Shown in pieces: positions 24,102 through 31,013 of a stretch of DNA of 32,000 nucleotides. The stretch lies in NCBI RefSeq assembly GCF_025273655.1, contig NZ_CP045921.1:480001-512000 (forward strand). The letters are read 5' to 3'. Each line of letters opens with the position of its first letter. The stretch's first letter is position 1. The notes beneath the pieces were generated by a model, which worked only from the letters and a program-made list of their open reading frames with translations, was not told the origin of the DNA and did no database searches. The translations under genes and the position numbers were made by a program. Source of the stretch: Candidatus Saccharimonadota bacterium. GTDB lineage: Bacteria > Patescibacteriota > Saccharimonadia > Saccharimonadales > Saccharimonadaceae.

Positions 24102-25457
24102 CTAGTCGTGGCGTTTGTCGAGCGACATGAAGCGCAGACGCTCTGGGTGGAAGAAGAGCTCCACTTGGCCGACGGGACCGTTACGGTGTTTGGCGATGAT
24201 GAGTTTGGTGATATTTGCTACGTCGGGATTGTCCGGCTCGTAGTAGCCGGGCCGGTAAATAAACGACACAATATCGGCATCTTGCTCAATGGAGCCAGAT
24301 TCACGCAGGTCGGACAGCTGCGGGATTGGCGGCGTGCGTGCTTCGACACTACGGCTGAGCTGACTCAGTGCGATAAGTGGTACGTTGAGTTCACGGGCAA
24401 CCAGCTTGAGCCCACGCGAGATCTCACTCACCTCTTGGACACGGTTACCGGCATTGTGTGCGCTACCCTGCATGAGCTGCAGGTAGTCCACGATGATCAG
24501 CCCGAGCTCTTGCTCATGTGCAATACGTCGGGCTTTGGTGCGCATCTCGAGTACCGACAGACCTGGTTTATCGTCGATGTAGATTGGTGCTTCTGCCATC
24601 TCGCCCATGGCGTCGGATAGTTTAGCGAAATCGTCGTCGCTCAAATTGCCGGTGCGGATATTCCAGCTATCGACACCCGATGCATCGGCGAGCATACGAT
24701 CGACCAACTGCTCTTTGCTCATCTCGAGGCTGAAGAAGAGGACGGCTTTTTGCTCGATTGTAGCAACATTGTAGGCGAGATTGGTAACGAGCGTGGTCTT
24801 ACCCATGGCCGGACGGGCAGCTAGGATAATCAGGTCACTACGCTGCAAACCGGCAGTCATATTGTCGAGATCGCGGTAGCCGGTCTTAATACCGCGCAGG
24901 GCACCTTTGTTGCGATGGAGCTCTTCAAGTCGATCGAAACTCTCTGTCAAAACATTTTCAATACTCACGAGGTCTTGTTTGAGCGACTGGTCGCTGACAG
25001 CGAAGAGCTCGGACTCGGCTTTACTGAGCAACTCTTGGGTCTCAAACTCTTCGTCGTAGCCAAGCTCGGTAATTTCGCTGCTGGCGTGGATGAGACGACG
25101 ACGAACGGCTTTTTGCGATACGAGTTCGGCATAGGCTTCGGCATGGGCTGCCGTGGGTACGTAGTTTGTGAGCTCAGACAAGTATGCCGAACCACCTATA
25201 ATCTCTAGCTGATCTCGACGCTTAAGCTCGTCGGTGAGTGTCAGCATGTCGACAGGCTTGTGGCGCTCATACAGGCGCACCATAGCATCAAAGATCATTT
25301 CGTGGGGTTTCTCGTAGAAGTCGATTGGCTTGACGAGCTCGGTAACATCCGGCAAAATTTCTTCGTCAATCAACACAGCGCCCAGTACACTTTTTTCGGC
25401 GTCTAGGTTTTGCGGCGGTATGCGCGCGGCGACCTCTTTGCTGGCTTTAGTTGACAT
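24102..25457 (-). CDS. dnaB: Replicative DNA helicase DnaB
   Basis: PPQNLDAEKSVLGA, Walker A ARPAMGKTT, IIVDYLQLM, RNGPVG. Confidence 0.95.
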   Translation of the reverse strand: MSTKASKEVAARIPPQNLDAEKSVLGAVLIDEEILPDVTELVKPIDFYEKPHEMIFDAMVRLYERHKPVDMLTLTDELKRRDQLEIIGGSAYLSELTNYVPTAAHAEAYAELVSQKAVRRRLIHASSEITELGYDEEFETQELLSKAESELFAVSDQSLKQDLVSIENVLTESFDRLEELHRNKGALRGIKTGYRDLDNMTAGLQRSDLIILAARPAMGKTTLVTNLAYNVATIEQKAVLFFSLEMSKEQLVDRMLADASGVDSWNIRTGNLSDDDFAKLSDAMGEMAEAPIYIDDKPGLSVLEMRTKARRIAHEQELGLIIVDYLQLMQGSAHNAGNRVQEVSEISRGLKLVARELNVPLIALSQLSRSVEARTPPIPQLSDLRESGSIEQDADIVSFIYRPGYYEPDNPDVANITKLIIAKHRNGPVGQVELFFHPERLRFMSLDKRHD

Positions 25458-26889
25458 CCACTTCTTCTCCTCCCCCCATCATAGCAGCTATTCGCGCCGC
25501 TTGGGCGTCTTTGGGCGGGGCGGTAGTCTCTAGGATCTCTACGTAGGCACCGGCACCGACGCCTGTCTGAGCCAGGATCTCCCCGAGCTGCGGACGATAT
25601 TTGGCACTATCGAGTTTGGTTTTGTTGAATTTGCGACCGGCGTAGAGCACAATCTTGTCCCCGTCTACTTCGGCGCTGCATTTCGAAAGTATCGAATACA
25701 CAGCCGTGTAGTGTTCACGCGCGTATGCAACCACCGTGGGCCAGTCAAACTTGGACAGATCGGCTTCTACTGCATTTGGAGCAGCCGCGACAGTGCCTGG
25801 GTCTTCTGGCGGTTCTGGTACTGGTGTGCTGGGTGCTGCGACCGGTTTGATTGGGGCGGTACGTGGTTTTGGTGGCGTGACAACTCGCGAGATGACAGCT
25901 GAGGCTGGAGGTTGCGCACTGAGCGCGATCGTCTTAGGCTTGTCGACTATACTTCCGAGAAGTGTCACCAGGAGTTTGGTGCCGGGATGCGATGACTTCG
26001 GCACATCCATAAGACCTTCGAGTACATGCACGAGCGCAGGTGTGTCTGCCAGCTGTTCGGTGATACGCCCTACAAGCTGTGCGGCGAGTGTACTGGCGCT
26101 CACGCCGCGACTTTCTATTGCAGTGACATGTGCAATCACCTGTTGTGCATTGCTGGACTGTAGTGATGTGACGAGGCTGCCGAGTTCGTCGCCAGTAGCG
26201 AGGCCAAGCGCCTGCTCCACATCGGTTACCGTGATAGTGTTGCCACTTGCTACCGCATGTTGAATTTGATCGAGCAGACTCACGCTGTCACGCATACTGC
26301 CGCCGCCACGACGAGCAAGTATGGCGAGAGCTTCGTCGTCGATAGCGATAGATTCGGTGCTGGCTATGTAGCGCAGTCGAGCGACGACTTCTTCCGCGGA
26401 GATGGTGTGAAAATGATAGCGCTGCGTGCGGCTAACAATTGTGTCGGGAAGCTTGTCAAAATCCGTCGTCGCGAGAATGAATACAACGTGTTCTGGCGGC
26501 TCTTCTAGCGTTTTGAGAAGTGCATTGAAGGCCGGTTTGGATAACATATGGACTTCGTCGATGATATAGATTTTCTTGAGCGCGGAGCTAGGTGCAATCA
26601 GTGCTTTGTCACGTAACTCACGCACATCGTCGACGCCATTGTTGCTAGCTGCGTCGATCTCGATGATATCGAGATGTTCGCTATCGTCGGTATATGGGAG
26701 CTTATTGATCTCATGTGCTAGTATGCGGGCGATAGAGGTTTTGCCTGTGCCGCGTGGGCCTGTCAGTAAGTAGGCATGCGCAATATTGCCCTGTGCGAGG
26801 GCACGACTCAATACGTCGGTCACATGGTCTTGCCCGACGATATCGTCAAGTGATTTACTGCGGTATTTGCGGTAGAGTGCTACCGACAT
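25447..26889 (-). CDS. dnaX: DNA polymerase III subunit gamma/tau
   Basis: Start moved to the ATG at 26889 (SD GAGGG, 7-nt spacer). GPRGTGKTS, IIDEVHMLS, SRTQRY. 11-nt overlap with the dnaB start. Confidence 0.9.
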   Translation of the reverse strand: MSVALYRKYRSKSLDDIVGQDHVTDVLSRALAQGNIAHAYLLTGPRGTGKTSIARILAHEINKLPYTDDSEHLDIIEIDAASNNGVDDVRELRDKALIAPSSALKKIYIIDEVHMLSKPAFNALLKTLEEPPEHVVFILATTDFDKLPDTIVSRTQRYHFHTISAEEVVARLRYIASTESIAIDDEALAILARRGGGSMRDSVSLLDQIQHAVASGNTITVTDVEQALGLATGDELGSLVTSLQSSNAQQVIAHVTAIESRGVSASTLAAQLVGRITEQLADTPALVHVLEGLMDVPKSSHPGTKLLVTLLGSIVDKPKTIALSAQPPASAVISRVVTPPKPRTAPIKPVAAPSTPVPEPPEDPGTVAAAPNAVEADLSKFDWPTVVAYAREHYTAVYSILSKCSAEVDGDKIVLYAGRKFNKTKLDSAKYRPQLGEILAQTGVGAGAYVEILETTAPPKDAQAARIAAMMGGGEEVDVN

Positions 26890-27010
26890 GTTGTTACCCT
26901 CATGCTGAGTACTATTGTACACTGTTGCTTGCCGCCCTGCTGTTGTTGATTTGTAGATATGCGAAGCCCCCGGATATTTCACCGAGGGATCCGACAGTCG
27001 ATAGTGGCCG

Positions 27011-27421
27011 CTACTCTTTTAACGACAGCTTGTGTTCGTTGAGAACTGCGATAATGCGCGTCCTCAGGACAAAGCCAATCCCGTCAAGACTCTCGATATC
27101 TTTGATGGATAATTCGGTCAACTCGACAAGGTGTATGAGCCCATGTTCTTTGAGTTTGCGGAATGCGTTACCTGTCTGCTTAAGGGGTCCGTTCCCGTAC
27201 ACTGGCATACATTCTTTTATGACCTCATCGATTGTTACGGCACAGTCATGTTTCTTGACGAGAGAATCAATCCTCGCTAGTCTTGCACTTGTCATATGCT
27301 TGACGGAGGCAGTGAGCTCATCTAGGACATGTCTTTGTTCTAATAGCTGCATTACATTTTCATCTGTCCAGCCTCTTCGTAGCAGCTCGTCGATAAACAT
27401 TCTGACGATGTGGTACTGCAT
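27011..27421 (-). CDS. Stand-alone RNA polymerase alpha-subunit C-terminal-domain-like (HhH) protein, 136 aa
   Basis: Start at the ATG at 27421 (SD AAGGTGG); the track start is a TTG inside the upstream terminator tail. The C-terminus GNAFRKLKEHGLIHLVELTELSIKDIESLDGIGFVLRTRIIAVLNEHKLSL aligns by eye with the E. coli alpha-CTD pattern RSANCLK..I.y.GDL......eLl...N.GkKSl.EI...L...GLSL. Hand GC counts are 42-45%. Confidence 0.5.
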   Translation of the reverse strand: MQYHIVRMFIDELLRRGWTDENVMQLLEQRHVLDELTASVKHMTSARLARIDSLVKKHDCAVTIDEVIKECMPVYGNGPLKQTGNAFRKLKEHGLIHLVELTELSIKDIESLDGIGFVLRTRIIAVLNEHKLSLKE

Positions 27422-27469
27422 ACCTATCCACCTTCTGTACTGTCGGTTTTTTGTCTCGGAACGAAACAA

Positions 27470-27495
27470 AAACTGTGGCTATAATGCCACAGTTT
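27470..27495 (-). terminator. Rho-independent terminator after the 171-aa gene
   Basis: aaactgtggc-tataat-gccacagttt is a perfect 10-bp stem. The minus strand continues TTTTTGTTTCGTT. Confidence 0.8.
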
Positions 27496-27525
27496 AGATT
27501 GTAAAGCAATAATTGGTGGCTGCTG

Positions 27526-28041
27526 CTACAGTGCTGCTTCGACAGCCGCCCACGTAGCGTCCGGATTGTCTTCTGGCACGATAATAGTGACTTGATCTCC
27601 TACAGCGATACGGAAATATGTGACGCTGGCGAGCAATATACGATACTCTCGCCCATTTGCTTCTACGTAGTAAGCACCGTCATGCTGTTGTAGCATACCG
27701 ATGATTTGCTTACGAGCGGTTGGGCCAATTTGTTTGTAGACGAAGCCACCGTCGTCGGTGATGGTGAGTTTGAGCATGTCGCCTTCGACAAGCTTGGATT
27801 TGCTGGCATAGTTGGCTGGTACGGGATAATTCTTGCCGTCTGGGCCAATCATCATCTGACCGTCAAATACGCCTTCGACAACTTTGCCGGTCACGTCTTC
27901 TTGGCTGCTTCGTGGTGTCACGATCTGGTCGTCTTCACCGAGGATACTAATAAGTAGTTCCTTCGCGGCAGCCAAATTGGTCTCTGCGTCTTGGATCAGA
28001 GATTTCAGTCGTTTGACTTGTTTTTCTGGTAATTCAGACAT
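27526..28041 (-). CDS. Hypothetical protein, N-terminal helix plus two beta-rich (SH3/KOW-like) segments
   Basis: 171 aa. Repeated pattern VEGDMLKLTITDDGGFVY / AVGDQVTIIVPEDNPDATW. Transcribed directly downstream of rplL. Confidence 0.6.
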   Translation of the reverse strand: MSELPEKQVKRLKSLIQDAETNLAAAKELLISILGEDDQIVTPRSSQEDVTGKVVEGVFDGQMMIGPDGKNYPVPANYASKSKLVEGDMLKLTITDDGGFVYKQIGPTARKQIIGMLQQHDGAYYVEANGREYRILLASVTYFRIAVGDQVTIIVPEDNPDATWAAVEAAL

Positions 28042-28086
28042 ATTTTCTCGCAGTTCCTTGTCTGTATTTTTATAGTACTGCCTCTA

Positions 28087-28115
28087 TATATATAGATTGA
28101 CGGGGGTGTTGTCAA
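28087..28115 (-). promoter_or_regulatory. Sigma-70-type promoter for the 171-aa gene (TTGACA-17-TATATA)
   Basis: The reverse complement reads TTGACA acacccccgtcaatcta TATATA. Two further TTGACA boxes lie at 28153-28158 and 28164-28169 (minus strand). Confidence 0.5.
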
Positions 28116-28245
28116 GTTTATCGAGCATATCCACAGCAAAAACAGTAGTCAGTGTCAAAACGTTGTCAATTTTGTGTTTGCAACAAAATACCGCCCTGTG
28201 ATAGAGCGGTGATTCTGTGTGATAATCCGGGCCGATACGAGTGAA

Positions 28246-28626
28246 CTATACGAGTTCGACAGTTGCGCCAGCTTCTTCGAGCTGTTTCTTGGCTGCTTCT
28301 GCGTCGTCTTTTGAAACTTTTTCTTTGATGGCGCTAGGAGCGTCGTCAACGAGGGCTTTTGCTTCACCGAGGCCAAGACCAGTGATCTCTTTGACAGCCT
28401 TGATAACGGCAACTTTCTGTGCACCGGCGTCTTTGAGTTGTACGGTAAATTCAGACTTCTCGTCGTCGCCACCAGCAGCTTCGCCACCAGCAGCAGGACC
28501 AGCAACAGCTACAGCCGCAGCTGCAGGCTCAATGCCGTATTCGTCTTTAAGTACGTTTTTGAGTTCATTTACTTCGAGAACTGTCAGTTTAGTCAGTTCT
28601 TCAGCGAGTTTCTTTACGTCTGCCAT
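28246..28626 (-). CDS. rplL: 50S ribosomal protein L7/L12
   Basis: N-terminal dimerisation helix, an Ala/Gly/Glu hinge, and C-terminal [20 protein letters not shown]. Confidence 0.97.
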   Translation of the reverse strand: MADVKKLAEELTKLTVLEVNELKNVLKDEYGIEPAAAAVAVAGPAAGGEAAGGDDEKSEFTVQLKDAGAQKVAVIKAVKEITGLGLGEAKALVDDAPSAIKEKVSKDDAEAAKKQLEEAGATVELV

Positions 28627-28677
28627 GAGAGTAAATCCTTTCGGGTTATAGATTCTATATTGAAATTGATTGCCAGA

Positions 28678-29202
28678 TTACGCGGTAGCTTTTTCGCTGA
28701 CACCGTCAAGCAGTGCATGCAAATTGCCAGAAAGCGCGTTTGTGACGTCGTGAACTGGCGAAAGCAGCTGTGCCACCACCTCTGCCACGAGTTGATCGCG
28801 ACTTGGCAGTTTGGCGAGTGCTTTGACGTCGTCGACGCTAATAGCCAGTCCCTCAGCACTGAAACCACCGGCAAACTGCAAGGCTTCGTGAGTTTTCGCA
28901 AACTCGTCGAGTACCTTGGCAGGCGCTACTTCGTCGCTGTCGCTTGTCGCATAGAGCAGCTGACCTACGAGTGCAGACGTATCTGTGTCTTTGTAGGTGT
29001 CGTTGCTAGCGAGCGTCACGCGAACGAGGCGGTTTTTGAGTACTTGGATTTTGACACCCTGAGTACGAGCGGCTGCACGCAGCTCCTGGAGATCAGCTAC
29101 GCTGAGCCCCTGGTACTGAGCGAAGACGGTCAGTTTCGAACTTGCAAGTACGTCACTAAAATCGGCAACCAAAGTTTGTTTTTTATCGCGGGTAATTGCC
29201 AT
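28678..29202 (-). CDS. rplJ: 50S ribosomal protein L10
   Basis: 174 aa, family-like N-terminus MAITRDKKQTLVADFSDVL...YQGLSVADLQELR. SD TAGGAGA. Immediately upstream of rplL. Confidence 0.93.
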   Translation of the reverse strand: MAITRDKKQTLVADFSDVLASSKLTVFAQYQGLSVADLQELRAAARTQGVKIQVLKNRLVRVTLASNDTYKDTDTSALVGQLLYATSDSDEVAPAKVLDEFAKTHEALQFAGGFSAEGLAISVDDVKALAKLPSRDQLVAEVVAQLLSPVHDVTNALSGNLHALLDGVSEKATA

Positions 29203-29431
29203 AAAAATCTCCTATGATTGATTTGTTTCTATGTATCGGCCGGATTGTCAACGTGCGGCATTACATTTGGTCAATAGAGAGACTTCTGCATAAATACACA
29301 AAAAGTCTTTGATTCTCGCATGACCAAAGACTTTTCAGTGATATCTGTATGGTGGTAGATGATCGCCTCGGTAGCGGATTAAGCATGAGTTTCCTCTTCG
29401 CTGCTACTGTCTCTGGTAATGTCTATTTGGC
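29203..29431 (-). promoter_or_regulatory. Long rplJ 5' leader (candidate L10-leader autoregulatory element)
   Basis: About 220 nt lie between the predicted promoter and the rplJ ATG, with no ORF and an internal terminator-like hairpin. Confidence 0.45.
29302..29334 (-). terminator. Intrinsic terminator/attenuator inside the rplJ leader
   Basis: The minus strand reads AAAGTCTTTG-gtcatgcgagaat-CAAAGACTTT followed by TTGTGTATTTAT. No minus-strand gene lies upstream that it could terminate. Confidence 0.55.
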
Positions 29432-29460
29432 ATTGTACAGATGGTGCAGTGTTTTGTCAA
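29432..29460 (-). promoter_or_regulatory. Sigma-70-type promoter for rplJ-rplL (TTGACA-17-TACAAT)
   Basis: The reverse complement reads TTGACA aaacactgcaccatctg TACAAT. Confidence 0.65.
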
Positions 29461-29481
29461 TATATTACAGCAAGGCAGGCA

Positions 29482-29510
29482 TTGACATAATTGGTATATG
29501 CTTGTATATT
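29482..29510 (+). promoter_or_regulatory. Divergent sigma-70-type promoter (TTGACA-17-TATATT) for the 284-aa orphan gene
   Basis: ttgaca taattggtatatgcttg tatatt read directly. It covers the track start codon at 29498, so that start is unlikely. Confidence 0.55.
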
Positions 29511-29521
29511 ATATTTCTAGA

Positions 29522-30376
29522 ATGTCTTCGCGAGAAAAAATGCTGGTAAAAAATCCAAATGCACCGATTGCACTTGATTGCTGGGCTCCGGGTCCGAGCT
29601 CGTATGTGCAGGCACGCGCGGTGATACAAGACGAAGTGAGTAAGTCGTCGCTGCCGGAGCGACTGCGCAAGCCTGCAGAAAACGCGCTCTACGCGCGGAT
29701 TGCCGATCACTCCAACGACAACTATTATCATTTCGACGAGCTAATGCAGTCGCAAGATGAGAAGCTGCAGGCGCGGATTGCCGCGGATGAGACGTTTCGA
29801 GAGCGTACACTTGGGTACGGCACCCACGGCGAACTTGTCACGTTTCTTCGTGACTATCCACTTCTGAGGTCGATAGAAATTGCAAGGCTTACACATGTTA
29901 ATAACTGGGAAACTCGTGCAGATATTGATGATGTGGTGCGCGCGGATCTTGATACGATGTCGGGGCTCGAGACGGTGGAGGCGAGCGACGATTCTCACTA
30001 TAAGATCAAAGGACTTATCCAGGATGACGCGCATATGCCTGTCGTAGAACGTAAACGTATAGTACGTTCACATTTTGGCGGTTCGGTGTTCACCGTGGTG
30101 CGCAACAGTCTGCTGATCGACATGGCCGATGCCGGTCTACCGACTAAGCTGCGTCATTCTATCGAGGAACAACAGCTGCAAGTGAGAAAAGCACGCGATT
30201 ACAATTACGATGCGCACTCAAAAGGTCTCAAAAAACTGCTAGAAGATCATATGATCGAGCGTGATCCGGAAAACAAGCCGACATGGGCGATTCCTCTACT
30301 CGCTACCTACTATTCAGCGCTTGATACGGAGTTTATACAGGGGAATCCGGCACCTGTTGACGCAAATCAGCGATGA
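29522..30376 (+). CDS. Hypothetical cytoplasmic protein (about 284 aa), no domain recognised
   Basis: Start placed at the ATG at 29522, 11 nt after the -10 box; the ATG at 29540 is an alternative. No signal peptide. The 3' end overlaps convergent tmk by 44 nt. Confidence 0.55.
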   Translation: MSSREKMLVKNPNAPIALDCWAPGPSSYVQARAVIQDEVSKSSLPERLRKPAENALYARIADHSNDNYYHFDELMQSQDEKLQARIAADETFRERTLGYGTHGELVTFLRDYPLLRSIEIARLTHVNNWETRADIDDVVRADLDTMSGLETVEASDDSHYKIKGLIQDDAHMPVVERKRIVRSHFGGSVFTVVRNSLLIDMADAGLPTKLRHSIEEQQLQVRKARDYNYDAHSKGLKKLLEDHMIERDPENKPTWAIPLLATYYSALDTEFIQGNPAPVDANQR

Positions 30377-31013
30377 TGAGGTTTTGAACTTCTTGTTTTG
30401 TGCCACCTGCGTCGATCGTGGCAATATGTTGTTGGTTGGCGATTTGACTATACGCGCTACTAACAGCCGCTTGGAACTCTGCACCTCGAGACTCGAATGT
30501 ATCGGGCCTGTCTAAGACTCCACGATTTTGGATGCGTGCCTGGCGGGTAGCTTCACTACCGAGAACTAGTACGGTCTGGAAGTCCGGTCGCATGTATTCT
30601 TCTCCGACTTGCTCAGCGGTATACGTGAGAATGTCATCAAGTGACACACCTTCACCGAAGCCCTGATACGCCAGGGTAGACACGTAGTTCCGAGCCGCCA
30701 CAACCCAGATACCACGCTGCAAGGCGGGTCGCATGACTCGCTCCCAATTCGCCTTTCTTGCAGCCGTATTCCACTCAACGTTTTGCCACGGCGTGCGATC
30801 AATCGTACCATCTTTAATGCGTTGGCGCAGCGCGATCGCTTCATCGACTCGCGGGAGGCCTAGCGTATTGTCACCCGCAAACCCGTCTGGCTCATGAATT
30901 TGGATCGCTTGCACTCCCCGTTCCAAGAGGCTGTGCTGCAGCATGTCAACTTGTGATGATTTACCGGTGCCGTCGGTACCTTCAATAACGATGTATTTGC
31001 CTCGTTCGCTCAT
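30333..31013 (-). CDS. tmk: Thymidylate kinase
   Basis: P-loop IVIEGTDGTGKSSQ. ARNYVSTLAYQGFGEG corresponds to the DRx...AYQG block. Start overlaps the dcd stop (TAATG). Confidence 0.88.
   Translation of the reverse strand: MSERGKYIVIEGTDGTGKSSQVDMLQHSLLERGVQAIQIHEPDGFAGDNTLGLPRVDEAIALRQRIKDGTIDRTPWQNVEWNTAARKANWERVMRPALQRGIWVVAARNYVSTLAYQGFGEGVSLDDILTYTAEQVGEEYMRPDFQTVLVLGSEATRQARIQNRGVLDRPDTFESRGAEFQAAVSSAYSQIANQQHIATIDAGGTKQEVQNLIIADLRQQVPDSPV

Noticed and set aside
24099-24620. 173-aa plus-strand ORF antisense to dnaB.
   Set aside because: It is antisense to a clearly identified helicase gene and has no recognisable motifs.
25447-26889. A programmed -1 frameshift site in dnaX, as in E. 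coli gamma/tau.
   Set aside because: I saw no A-AAA-AAG-type slippery heptamer with a downstream hairpin in the coding strand. I cannot exclude other mechanisms.
26754-27497. 247-aa plus-strand ORF spanning the dnaX 5' end, the intergenic spacer and the alpha-CTD-like gene.
   Set aside because: It is antisense to two better-supported genes and crosses a terminator hairpin. The translation is Cys/Leu/Ser-rich and junk-like, with no SD.
28438-29217. 259-aa plus-strand ORF antisense to rplL and rplJ.
   Set aside because: It overlaps two unambiguous ribosomal protein genes and has no initiation signals.
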